Notes under the pieces: generated by a model
What the model saw: only the letters and a program-made list of their open reading frames with translations
Database searches by the model: none
Told to the model about the DNA's origin: nothing
Program-made: the position numbers and the translations under genes
From: a virus
Taxonomy: Duplodnaviria > Caudoviricetes
Direction: 5' to 3' (one strand)
Virus record (IMG/VR): IMGVR_UViG_3300025930_000003
Span: 1-55,630 of that record
DNA length: 55,630 bases
Shown here: positions 1 through 10,000 of the stretch, one piece after another
Layout of the letters: each line of letters opens with the position of its first letter
How positions within the stretch are numbered: position 1 is the first letter of the stretch

Positions 1-99
1 GCCTCATAAGCCATAGATTTTATGAAACAGAGCTTATCACTCTATAACTATCTGAACAATAGGACATTTAATCGGGTAGCTGATAACTACTTCCGTCCA
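1..99. repeat. 99-bp direct repeat identical to 55532-55630; circular assembly overlap
   Basis: Exact identity of both ends; gene order continues across the junction. Confidence 0.95.
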
Positions 100-125
100 C
101 CTTTCTAGACCCTAAACATCAACAA

Positions 126-170
126 TTCTTCGCTTCAGATTATTAAAACCTGAAGCGAAGAACTCTTTCT
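126..170 (+). terminator. Hairpin, possible intrinsic terminator
   Basis: 13-bp perfect stem TTCTTCGCTTCAG (126-138)/CTGAAGCGAAGAA (150-162) followed by CTCTTTCT. Confidence 0.55.
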
Positions 171-173
171 AAT

Positions 174-374
174 ATGAATGTAGAAACTATAATTAAAGCA
201 GCAATAGAAACATCAAACTACTATTTACTTGTTAAAAAGAATGTCGAAATAGCAGAAGCTTTTGAATTATTTGCAGCAGCGATAGAACAAGAAGTATTTA
301 AAGAAGGTCTAAAACGAGAACAAGATCACAATGATGCTTTAGAAGATAGCCTAGGTTCACATGGACAAGGATAA
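174..374 (+). CDS. Hypothetical protein
   Basis: 66-aa ORF packed in the operon. Confidence 0.6.
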   Translation: MNVETIIKAAIETSNYYLLVKKNVEIAEAFELFAAAIEQEVFKEGLKREQDHNDALEDSLGSHGQG

Positions 375-376
375 AT

Positions 377-643
377 ATGAACAGTTCAATAAAACGTAGC
401 CCAGCATTCGATGACAACACAGAGATATGGTTTGGAAAACATAAAGGAACTAGACTTTGTGATGTTCCTGCATCCTATCTACAATGGCTCTATGGTGAAC
501 TAGAGAAAGATGGATATGGAAAGCCTTTTGATGGAGGTAATTTTGAAGCATTGTCTACTACAATGAAAGACAAATACAAGTTATACAATTATATCTTCAA
601 CTCATATGACGCAATTCAGATGGAACTAGGAGAGAAAGAATGA
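377..643 (+). CDS. DUF3820-like small protein
   Basis: FGKHKG-x-L-x-DVP-x-x-YL-x-WL signature. Confidence 0.7.
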   Translation: MNSSIKRSPAFDDNTEIWFGKHKGTRLCDVPASYLQWLYGELEKDGYGKPFDGGNFEALSTTMKDKYKLYNYIFNSYDAIQMELGEKE

Positions 644-807
644 TAATTAAAATCCATATTTTTGTTTTCAAGGATTATGGGATTGCTACTTTTCAATACG
701 GTCCAAATGAAGAAGAAAATAAAAAGGCGATTGAAGTTTTATGTAAAAAATCAGAAACTAATTATCTGTGGGAAATAGATACAGAAAATGTTAAGTCAAC
801 CACCTAA
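640..807 (+). CDS. Small hypothetical protein (55 aa, not in ORF track)
   Basis: ATGA overlap with upstream stop; fills gap before the polymerase. Confidence 0.5.
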   Translation: MIIKIHIFVFKDYGIATFQYGPNEEENKKAIEVLCKKSETNYLWEIDTENVKSTT

Positions 808-2266
808 ATTCGACTATATAGGTTTGACAATTATATTGTCAAATCCAAATAGGCATGAGAAAAGAAAGCTCCTAGAGGGTAATGGAGCCTATTACTTCAT
901 GCAAGAATGTTTAAGACCTGAAATAAATGTCTATCAATGTGATGTTAGATTGATAGATGACACAAGAAAATTACTTCCTAATACAAAGGTAGTTCTCTTA
1001 CTAGGCCAGCGAGCTTTTCATCTCTTTACTGGTAGATCAGAAACATTAGATGAAGCTCGCGGAAGTCCATATATAGTAAATGATATGGTAACTATAGCGT
1101 CATTTAATTATCAAGATGCGGTTGATCCAAGAAACTTTGAAGCACAACATAATAAAGAACAAATAGAAGATGAAGAAGAATACCAAGAAGATCGAGATTC
1201 CTTTATCAGTGAAAAATCAAGAAGCCAAACCGCACGAGAAAATTATAGATTCTGGCTTAAATCTGACTGCAAGAAAGCGATCAGAATACTTGAAAATGGT
1301 GGACGTATCCCAGAACCTTCTTTTAGTCCATCGTATCACATTTATCCATCATCTGATATTGTCATTTCACTTCTCAGGGAAGAAAAGAATAAAGACCTCT
1401 ACATAGACATAGAGACAGATATAGACACACTTGACATAAGATGCTTCTCTTTCAACTTCTCAAATTCGGACAATATATACGTAGTTCCAGTTCTAGATAC
1501 AGACTACAAACTCGCCTATGAACAAATTCCTCAAATTTTTAGAGCGTTATCAATCTCATTTAGCAATAATACTACCATTGCTCATAATGGTGCTGTGTTT
1601 GATTTCTTTATTTTCGCCTATAAATATAGCATTGCCATTGGCAAGTCTGTCTTTGACACTCTCATTGCTGCTCATCGTATATATCCTACTATCGAAAAAT
1701 CATTAGGTCATCAAATTTCACTTTGGACATATCTACCTTTCCACAAAAATGAAGGTTCATATTCTTACGCTAATATGTCCCAAGCGGAAGCTCTCTGGAA
1801 GTATTGTGGAAAAGATGTATATACTATGCGTCTAGTTAAAGAAGCACAAATCGCATTCGCTAAAAATGATCCAGGACTTCTAGCTTCTATAAATCAGGCT
1901 ATGAAAAGTATAAGACCATATTTAACAATGAGCCTTCTTGGTATGCACTTTAATGATGAAGAGAGATTAGCTTGGATAGACTCAAGCGATAGATTAGCGA
2001 TGCAATATCAGCGTATTATCCAGATATTAACAGGCCCAAAAGTAGAGATGCTAATTTCCAATAAGAAGTGTGTGAACTATTTTCACAATATGTTAGGCTA
2101 TAAAGTAGTAAAACATACAAAAACTGGTGCTCCATCTTTAGCCGCTGATGCTTTATTGAAGCTAAAGCTAAAACATGAGAACCCGGTCATAGACTTCTTA
2201 ATCAAGTATAGAGAAAAACTGAAAGAGTCAGGAACTCTTAACTTCAAACAATGGATACCAAAATGA
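788..2266 (+). CDS. Family A DNA polymerase, N-terminal part: degenerate UDG-like domain, 3'-5' exonuclease and thumb
   Basis: ExoI DIETD, ExoII HNGAVFD, ExoIII YCGKD; TKTGAPS and PVIDFLIKYREKLK thumb; N-terminus with VVLLLG-x-x-A and RG resembling family 4 UDG. Confidence 0.8.
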   Translation: MLSQPPKFDYIGLTIILSNPNRHEKRKLLEGNGAYYFMQECLRPEINVYQCDVRLIDDTRKLLPNTKVVLLLGQRAFHLFTGRSETLDEARGSPYIVNDMVTIASFNYQDAVDPRNFEAQHNKEQIEDEEEYQEDRDSFISEKSRSQTARENYRFWLKSDCKKAIRILENGGRIPEPSFSPSYHIYPSSDIVISLLREEKNKDLYIDIETDIDTLDIRCFSFNFSNSDNIYVVPVLDTDYKLAYEQIPQIFRALSISFSNNTTIAHNGAVFDFFIFAYKYSIAIGKSVFDTLIAAHRIYPTIEKSLGHQISLWTYLPFHKNEGSYSYANMSQAEALWKYCGKDVYTMRLVKEAQIAFAKNDPGLLASINQAMKSIRPYLTMSLLGMHFNDEERLAWIDSSDRLAMQYQRIIQILTGPKVEMLISNKKCVNYFHNMLGYKVVKHTKTGAPSLAADALLKLKLKHENPVIDFLIKYREKLKESGTLNFKQWIPK

Positions 2267-2490
2267 AAATAACAGATAAACTCATAAAACAGGTAGCTAA
2301 TGTAGCACACATAGAGATGCAGATTAAGCTGCTAAAAGAAGAACTAGAACCAGCTAAGAAGAAATTAGGTAAAAAGATACCTTATGGTGTTTTTCAGATA
2401 GGAGAGTTTCAAGTAGTAAAAACTAAGATAGATGCTTGCACTATTGCACAGCATGATAGAAAAGCATACGACCAACTGACTATTAAATGA
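2263..2490 (+). CDS. Hypothetical protein between the PolA halves
   Basis: ATGA-coupled to the PolA-N stop. Confidence 0.65.
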   Translation: MKITDKLIKQVANVAHIEMQIKLLKEELEPAKKKLGKKIPYGVFQIGEFQVVKTKIDACTIAQHDRKAYDQLTIK

Positions 2491-2690
2491 TCTTAGTTGA
2501 GTCCATAATAGAAAAAGACTCTAAAAGATATATAGAGGTCAGAATCCACACGGCTTGCTGTAAAAGTCTATTTATAGTAGAAGATCAAGGAAAAGAACTA
2601 TTTAATCCAGTAACAAATGAATATCTCCCCAAAGGAATGGTTACAAGCATTAGGCAGGCTGAAAAATTTTATGAACAAAAACAAAGCTAA
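2487..2690 (+). CDS. Hypothetical protein
   Basis: ATGA-coupled 67-aa ORF. Confidence 0.6.
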   Translation: MILVESIIEKDSKRYIEVRIHTACCKSLFIVEDQGKELFNPVTNEYLPKGMVTSIRQAEKFYEQKQS

Positions 2691-2892
2691 ATGTTCTGGC
2701 TGTAATAGTGTCCTGTCTAATATGTATCACTATATTCTACATTCAAACAAAGGCAGAAGAGAGCTATATCTCTGTGATGATTGTGTAGGAGCCTGTCTTT
2801 CTAGACTATTGAACGATAACTATGCAGGACTAAATAACTTCGAAACTATATGGAAATACATCAATGAGAAAAAAGAATCAAGAAGAATATGA
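2671..2892 (+). CDS. Small zinc-finger-like protein
   Basis: CSGC and CDDC pairs; start moved to ATG 2671. Confidence 0.55.
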   Translation: MNKNKAKCSGCNSVLSNMYHYILHSNKGRRELYLCDDCVGACLSRLLNDNYAGLNNFETIWKYINEKKESRRI

Positions 2893-3043
2893 GCTAGAAG
2901 CTCAGTTTCTATATTTGAAGTCTGATCTAAGAATAGTAAGAAACAGACTAGAAATGTTAGAATTTCTCGCCGCGAAACTAGATAAGAAAACTCAGCAAAA
3001 AGTAAAGAGAATAGAAAAGATAGTTAATAGTATCAAAATATGA
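2864..3043 (+). CDS. Small coiled-coil protein (59 aa, not in ORF track)
   Basis: Translates as MRKKNQEEYELEAQFLYL...; stop overlaps the MazG start (ATGA). Confidence 0.55.
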   Translation: MRKKNQEEYELEAQFLYLKSDLRIVRNRLEMLEFLAAKLDKKTQQKVKRIEKIVNSIKI

Positions 3044-3366
3044 AAACAATAAAAGAAATCCAGGATGAAGTAAAGGATTGGGCTTATCACAATTTTGGAA
3101 ATCATCCATCTCTTCATCCCTTGCTTGGTATAGGTGAAGAAACTGGGGAATTACAACATCATTTTCTTAAAAGAGAACAGAAGATAAGAACAAACGAAGA
3201 TCATGACGAGGAAATAAAAGATGCTCTTGCTGATCTATTTATTTTTATGTGTGATTTTTCTAACTGTGAAGATATAGATTTAGAAGCAGTTATTAATGGG
3301 GTCTGGGATAATGTTAAACAACGTAACTGGAAAACAAACAATATAAATGGTCAAAGTCCACAATAA
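3040..3366 (+). CDS. MazG-like nucleotide pyrophosphohydrolase
   Basis: EETGEL and DALAD motifs of all-alpha NTP-PPases. Confidence 0.8.
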   Translation: MKTIKEIQDEVKDWAYHNFGNHPSLHPLLGIGEETGELQHHFLKREQKIRTNEDHDEEIKDALADLFIFMCDFSNCEDIDLEAVINGVWDNVKQRNWKTNNINGQSPQ

Positions 3367-4411
3367 GCTATCAGTTCCTAGAGATACATCCCACTGGATT
3401 GTTTCAGGAACTAATACTTTTCGTCTAGCAAGTAAGAAGATTCTCTCTTCTTTAAGAGATACTCCCTTTATTAATTTCGGCGGCAATAGAGCTAACATAG
3501 AGAAATCTATGCGTAGAATATGGTGTGCTGATAAAGGCTATAAACTGCTACAAAGAGATCAAGGTGGTGCAGAAGCATTAATAGTTGCATATCTATGTAA
3601 AGATGGAAACTATAGGGCTTTGTTTCGTAATGGAATAAAGCCCCATACTTTTGTTGCTCTTCATGTATTTAAAGAACAGTTCAAAAAATACTTCGATCCA
3701 GATAAAATCAACATAGCTTGTGACACAAAGATAGATGATCTAAAAAAGTTGGATTTCTGGAAAGCTCTAGATAGGCTAGTAAAATCAAGCGATGAGTGGC
3801 ACCATAATGAACGATACTATTTCATAGGAAAGAAGATAGTTCATGCTTCTTCTTATGGTATGGGAGCTAACAAATATAGAATGTCAGTTCTAGAGGAATC
3901 AGGTGGAACTATTGTCCTATCAAAGATGGATGCGGAACTCCACTTAATGACATTCTTTAAGCTATTTCCAGAAATACATGGTTGGCACGCTAGAATATAT
4001 GAACATGTAAAGAAGTTCAAAGAGCTTAGAAATCTATTCGATTTTCCTTTCGCTTTCACTGGTTATGTAGATGAGTCCAATATTAGAGAAGCTTACGCTT
4101 TTATTCCACAATCAACAGTAGGAACAATCACTAACATAGCAATAACAGAGACACAAGAATACATAGAGAAAGAAAATAAAGATTGGCACATATTGAACAA
4201 TGATCACGATAGCATGGTAGTTGAAGCACCTGATAACGAAACTGATATAAGAGAATGTAATCTAATAATGAAGCAGTTCATAGAGAAAGAGTTCATATCA
4301 CCTGTAGATAAGTGTAAGTTTAAGATGCGGTCTGGATTATCTATAGGTTATAATTGGGCACCATACAAAGAAAAAGAAAACCCAGGAGGTCTAAAAGAAG
4401 TAGAAGAATAA
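3347..4411 (+). CDS. Family A DNA polymerase, C-terminal palm/fingers part
   Basis: GTNTFRLAS (TGRLSS-like), motif A DQGGAE, motif B KKIVHASSYG, PQST, motif C HDS. Confidence 0.85.
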   Translation: MVKVHNKLSVPRDTSHWIVSGTNTFRLASKKILSSLRDTPFINFGGNRANIEKSMRRIWCADKGYKLLQRDQGGAEALIVAYLCKDGNYRALFRNGIKPHTFVALHVFKEQFKKYFDPDKINIACDTKIDDLKKLDFWKALDRLVKSSDEWHHNERYYFIGKKIVHASSYGMGANKYRMSVLEESGGTIVLSKMDAELHLMTFFKLFPEIHGWHARIYEHVKKFKELRNLFDFPFAFTGYVDESNIREAYAFIPQSTVGTITNIAITETQEYIEKENKDWHILNNDHDSMVVEAPDNETDIRECNLIMKQFIEKEFISPVDKCKFKMRSGLSIGYNWAPYKEKENPGGLKEVEE

Positions 4412-4412
4412 A

Positions 4413-5663
4413 ATGCCAACCACCAATCTAGAAAGATGGCGTTATTACTGTGAAACTATACTGTCACCTGCTAGTTATATAGATTGGTGTTTCCACTATC
4501 TAATACTAGCATCTCTTCAAAGACGTGTATGGAGAGGACAAATTGGAGGTAATCCACTTTTCGCGAACCCTTATATAATTCTCACTGGTGAACCTGGGGT
4601 TGGTAAAGGAATCATATTAAAAGAAGTCAGTAAAGTATTACGTTTCCACAAACTAGAGGCTAAAAATGAATATACAGCAGATACAACACCGGCACAATCA
4701 AATGCACTTGGCCAGGGTAGAAAAGAACAAGCGTTATTATTCCCAGTTGGAGCAGACGCATCCACATATGAAGCTCTTGTCAGGGAAATCTCAAGAGCAA
4801 TTAGACCATTCTGGAGAGAAGTTGATGGAAAGAAAAGAGCTTACCTACACTCAAGCCTCTGTTTCTGTCTAGAAGAAATCTCCAGCTTATTTAGAAAACA
4901 CTCAGAAGATTTAGTTCGTTTCCTCTTAGTAACATATGATTGTGGTGATTACCGTTACGAAACAATTTCTAGGGGCACAGATTACATTAAAAATTGTTGC
5001 CTTGCACTTTTGGGGGGAACCACGCCAAAATTTCTTCGACGAGTATTTTCTGACGAACTTCTTAACGAAGGTTTTGCAAGTAGATGCATCTTTGTATTTG
5101 AACTTTGCAATAGATTTGACAGATTAAGGCCGCCAGAATTTAATGAAGATCAAGTCAAGGAACATAAGATAATTCTAGACCATATAAAGAAGCTTTCTAC
5201 TCTATATGGTGAAGTAAAGTTCACTCCAGAAGCATCTGAATATCTAGAACATTGGAACAAGACAGATAAATACAAAAGACCAAATACAAGTCCGAAGCTG
5301 AACTACTATTATGCTAGAAAGCCAGTAACAATGCAAAAGCTAGCTATTGGAATTCATTTTGCGGATTCGGTTACAATGGAAGTAAATCTAGATGAATGTA
5401 TAGAAGCTAGAAAATTGTTAGATAATACAGAGAAAAGGATGCACTTTGCTCTAACGAACGAAAATAAGAATCCTCTAGCAGAAGTAACAGATAGTATCTA
5501 TGACTTTATAGCTAAGAATGGAGGACAAACGAAGAAAGATTTACTTGTTCTTTTCTGGAGCGAACTACCTAATGGAACCGATTCTTTAGATGATGCACTA
5601 AGCTATCTAAATATGGTCAACAAAGTAAAACTGAAAGATAAACAATACATAATACCACAATGA
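4413..5663 (+). CDS. DUF3987-like P-loop ATPase, putative replicative helicase
   Basis: Walker A GEPGVGKG, Walker B CLEE, GF-x-SR; follows PolA. Confidence 0.7.
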   Translation: MPTTNLERWRYYCETILSPASYIDWCFHYLILASLQRRVWRGQIGGNPLFANPYIILTGEPGVGKGIILKEVSKVLRFHKLEAKNEYTADTTPAQSNALGQGRKEQALLFPVGADASTYEALVREISRAIRPFWREVDGKKRAYLHSSLCFCLEEISSLFRKHSEDLVRFLLVTYDCGDYRYETISRGTDYIKNCCLALLGGTTPKFLRRVFSDELLNEGFASRCIFVFELCNRFDRLRPPEFNEDQVKEHKIILDHIKKLSTLYGEVKFTPEASEYLEHWNKTDKYKRPNTSPKLNYYYARKPVTMQKLAIGIHFADSVTMEVNLDECIEARKLLDNTEKRMHFALTNENKNPLAEVTDSIYDFIAKNGGQTKKDLLVLFWSELPNGTDSLDDALSYLNMVNKVKLKDKQYIIPQ

Positions 5664-6349
5664 AACATCAAATATTAGATCATGGTTATATAGAGTTTAT
5701 AGAAGGTTGGGGTTCTGACGAGAGAATAATAGAAGCTGCTAGAATGTCAACTAATAAAGGCTTCTTAGGTTGGGGAACAGAAGAAAAACCAGGAGATGAG
5801 AAGTTGCTTAAGTATCTCTATGAACATAAACATGCTACTCCTTTTGAGATGGCAGGTATGATTATAGAAGTTCAGGCACCTATATTTGTTTTTAGAGAGT
5901 GGCATAGACATAGAACTCAATCATATAATGAAATGTCCGCTCGTTATACTCCTTTACCAAACCTAAACTATATTCCAGACATTGATAGAATAATGATAAA
6001 TGCGGGAACATCTAATAAACAAGCTGGGACTATAAAAGAATCTGAGGTTCTTACAGAAGAAAAAGGTCAGTCTTTTCAATTAAAAATAGAAGAGATTTAC
6101 AATGAACTAGAAGCTAATTATCAAACATTCCTAAAAATGGGTATTCCAAAAGAATTAGCGCGAATCATTTTACCTGTAGGTCGCTATTCTAGAATGAGAG
6201 CTTCTGCAAACCTAAGAAACTGGCTAGCTTTTCTTACATTAAGAATGGCTAAAGATGCACAATGGGAAATTAGACAGTATGCAGAAGCTGTTGGCGGAAT
6301 AGTAAAAGTATATTTTCCTCGGACTTGGGAATTATTTAACAAAATATGA
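5660..6349 (+). CDS. thyX: FAD-dependent thymidylate synthase
   Basis: H-x-TPFE, RHRTQSYNEMSARY, ELAR-x-ILP, AQWEIR. Confidence 0.95.
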   Translation: MKHQILDHGYIEFIEGWGSDERIIEAARMSTNKGFLGWGTEEKPGDEKLLKYLYEHKHATPFEMAGMIIEVQAPIFVFREWHRHRTQSYNEMSARYTPLPNLNYIPDIDRIMINAGTSNKQAGTIKESEVLTEEKGQSFQLKIEEIYNELEANYQTFLKMGIPKELARIILPVGRYSRMRASANLRNWLAFLTLRMAKDAQWEIRQYAEAVGGIVKVYFPRTWELFNKI

Positions 6350-6831
6350 TCTCTATGACAATAAGCAAACTACAACCTATAATGTCGGACAATATTCTTG
6401 AACTTCAGGAGTGGGTTAGATTCTATGATAGAAATGGACAATATCCAGCTAATATCCTAGAACGATTCGCTATTGGACTCTATCAAGTTTATCAAGGAAT
6501 GGAGTGGAAAGATATAATCAATAAGAACGAAAGCTGGTGTGCTGCTTTTCTACATTTTCTAACTGTGGCAGAAAAGTTAAATCTTCCAGCGGTTGAGAAA
6601 ATTAAGGACAATATGTTAGATATTGGTTTTCTTCTCTTTATTTCTAAAGCACAGCAAGATATTTTCTATAAATATAATGCTGGTAAAACAATGAGAAGTT
6701 CTAGATATAATCCAGAAAGACTAACAGAAAATCTAGTGAAGATTCTCTCTATCTGCTATACTAAAGTTCCAAAGATAGAAAGAGCAGAAGGATTTAATTT
6801 AGCAAGCTCTATAATGATTGGAAAACTATGA
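6346..6831 (+). CDS. Hypothetical protein
   Basis: Coupled 161-aa ORF. Confidence 0.65.
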   Translation: MISMTISKLQPIMSDNILELQEWVRFYDRNGQYPANILERFAIGLYQVYQGMEWKDIINKNESWCAAFLHFLTVAEKLNLPAVEKIKDNMLDIGFLLFISKAQQDIFYKYNAGKTMRSSRYNPERLTENLVKILSICYTKVPKIERAEGFNLASSIMIGKL

Positions 6832-7043
6832 GAAAAATAATATGTGATATATGCGGAAATGAATCAGGAAACTATGATAGAAATATTCATGGCAAATTCA
6901 TTCTGCATAAAAAGCAACCACCATCAGAAGTTTGTGAAATAGCTATTGAAGGAATAGTTATGAAGTATAACTTCTGCACTACAGGAATAGATATATGTAG
7001 AAGCTGTCTAATTGCTGGAATAAAGTCTGCTATCTTAGACTAA
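6828..7043 (+). CDS. Small zinc-finger protein
   Basis: CDIC and CRSC pairs; last gene of the plus arm. Confidence 0.65.
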   Translation: MRKIICDICGNESGNYDRNIHGKFILHKKQPPSEVCEIAIEGIVMKYNFCTTGIDICRSCLIAGIKSAILD

Positions 7044-10000
7044 GGAACTGCACTAGACTTTGCTTCATTTACTGCATTCTGCATCAAATAATCTGCTAAT
7101 CTATTCTGTGCAACTTCCTCTCCTTGAGATTTCTCCAGATAAGTAAGGTAGCGAATAAATCTAAGAGGAATAGTATCTGGATTAGGCATAGTCTGGTAGC
7201 TATTCTTCTTTATTTTTCCTAATTCAGCAATCAATCTTTCAGGATCACCGTCTGCTTTCTCAAATGCTTTATCTAAGAGTTTAGGTAATAATTCAACAGC
7301 TTCTCCTACATCTCCAGTCCTCTTAAACTTCTTCATATCATCAGGCCCAAATTGCCTTTGTCCCCAATCAGTTGATAAGTCTCTAATTGGATTGCCCGCG
7401 AGAGTATTATACACTCTAAGGTCGCGGAACTTATTTGCTCTCTCTATTTCATCTTTTCTCTCAGCAGAAACTTGTGCCATAATCATTCTAGAAGTCTGGA
7501 TATTGTCCTCTATAAACTTACCTATTGCATCTCCAACTAATTCTGGAGAAAATCCATTATCGTTAGATGATTTAGCTAGAGAGAAAGCTAAGTCTGCTGT
7601 ATCTGCTGCCGCGTCTAGAAGAATATTATTATACCATTGTGGCTTATTTCTGCCATACATAGTATCCATTACACCTTTTGATATATCACCTAACATTCCA
7701 GCATAACCAGAAGCTGCGGCTAATCCAGTTAATTTATAGAGTGATGCCATCTTTGTATCTTTTCCCTCTTCTTCACTAATAGCCTTTATCTCTTCCAATT
7801 TAGGAGTTTTCTCTTTTCTTCCTGTAATCGCTTCTACTAGTTTCGTAACAGCAGCACCACCAATTAGACCACCAACTGTAGCCATTAAAGCTGGATAAGG
7901 ATTCCCATTCTTTAATGGATTAACTACATGTTTCATGAAGTTGTTTGCTTTTTCTATGTTCCATCTAGCTAGAGATAGAACAGGAGAAAGCTGACCTTTC
8001 ATAGCTATAGAAGGTAATCCTCTAGGATCATAGGTTCCTTGAACAGAATCTACATATCGGGCAGATATTTTGTTAATATCTTCTGGAGTCAGTTCCGCTT
8101 TCTTCCAATCTATGTCTTTTCCAAAGTCATCAAACCACTTCTTTCCTTGTTTTCCTAGTTTGCCATTGTGGAACTGACTATGAAAATCTAAAGTAGTAAA
8201 TCTACCCATTCCAAATGCGGTAGCTCTAGTCATCTGTTCTAGGTAGTTTCTTCCTTGAACATCAGAAAGAATATCTCTTGTTCTCCTAAGAGTAGAAATT
8301 AAATCAGGACTCTCGTTCCATTCAAGGGAGTTCATATTTGTTCTATTTCTGCCTGTTTTGAAGGAGTCAGAGATATTCTGGGACATATTAGAGAAAGCAT
8401 CTATAGCAGATCTAATTGTCTGGATAGGATTTTGCTGATGCTGCATACCTAAAGTGAAGTTGGTAGTAAAATCTTTTATTCCAGTTAAAATACCCATTCT
8501 ACCAGCTCTAACATTTCCACCAAGGGCATTTAAAAATTGCTCTTCTTTTGGATTGATACCTGTAATATCATCATAGACGTTACTAACAGCTTCGTTTCCT
8601 TGATACTTCTTTATGTTCTCTAATAGGCCTTCTTTAGAGCCTATTGCATCATGATAAGCGAACCTTCTAGATACTCGTTCCATGTATCTATTAAGCCTGT
8701 TGAGTAGATTCTTTTCTCTCCATTCTGGAGGAATATTTAGAACTTCTGCCTTATCTATCTGGCTAAATTGCTTGGCTATATTGACCTTCTCTTTAGTAAA
8801 AGATCTAAGATATGCTTTAAGATCTTCTGCGGCCCTTTCTGGTGTTTTACCTTCTACTTTGGTTTGATAGTCTAAAAACTCCTGCTTATATTGTGCTGAT
8901 TTAGCAGAATCTGGCCTTTCTTGTAGTTCACCAATTACTTCATTAGAAGGTGTCTGAGGAAGAAAGTTCTTCTTTAGTCTATTCTTTGGTCCAATTCCTC
9001 TAGCAGTTTTATCAGTATCTACCAACTGCATTGCTTCATTTATCGCGTCCCTTATTTTAACTTCATTTTCTGTCAGATCAATATTTGGTTTCTTATCTTG
9101 AACATTATCAAACCATTGTCTTACATTCTGGAGTTCCTTTGTATCTTGTTTTAGATAGTCTGGAACATTTCTTATGTTGTCTATTAGAGAGCTTAGATTT
9201 GTCTGGTTTCTAATTTTCCTCAGAATACCATTTACGTATTTACCTCTATTTTCTGTTATCTTTTCAAAGAAGTCAGAGAAAGAGTCTTTTATTGATTTGT
9301 CTGGAATCTTATCTATTTCTGGCCTTAAACCAAATAGGTGCATTTCCCAAGGAGTTCTAGAAACTGGTAAAGTAGAAGGATCAATGTCATGTTTCTCTGC
9401 TACCATCTTTAGTTTTTGGGTAGTTTCATCCTCAGAAAATCTAGGCAACTTAGAACCTTCTTCCTCTGAATAGTAGTTACTATATTTTCCTCCAGTAGTA
9501 GAGGGACCATGATAATTTTTAGTAGTTCCCAGAACAGCATCTATAGCGAAAGCGAGTTCAGGATTCTGGTTATAGACTTCTGAACGATATTTAGGCCAAT
9601 TTTTCCAGATAACATCAGGATCATTTATTCCTCTTTCACCAAAATCTTCTAGATCATGTGTCTTAGAGAAGTCTATATCCATCAAATCTTCCCTTGTAAC
9701 TTCCTTCATTCCATCTTCATAGGAAATATGCTTCTTTGAATTTGTATGTTCTGGATATTGTTCTAGAAAGGCTTTCTTAACTTCTTTTGCTGTTTTAGTT
9801 ACATTAATTGAGCCATCTGATTCTCTAAGTAAATCTCTAAGATCATTAATATCAAATGTTCCAGTCCCAACAAAGTCAGATAGAAGCTTCTGATTATCTG
9901 GATCTTCTTGAAATTCAGTCCAATCTTCTTCTAGTTGCTTATCTATAGCTTCACCACTATATTTCTGTTTCCAAGCCTCTTGATATTGTGTTAGACCAGA

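Noticed and set aside
1-99. Biological direct terminal repeat
   Set aside because: Exactly 99 nt and located inside a transcription arm; best explained as assembler k-mer overlap
2267-3346. Intron or intein interrupting PolA
   Set aside because: Gap is tiled by ordinary coupled ORFs; no homing endonuclease, intein termini or recognisable ribozyme core
4185-4200. Seventh sigma54 promoter (TGGCACATATTGAAC)
   Set aside because: Lacks the -12 GC and lies inside the PolA coding sequence
3040-6349. Modified-base (Z-genome type) pathway
   Set aside because: No PurZ, hydroxymethylase or glycosyltransferase recognised; MazG and ThyX alone are common
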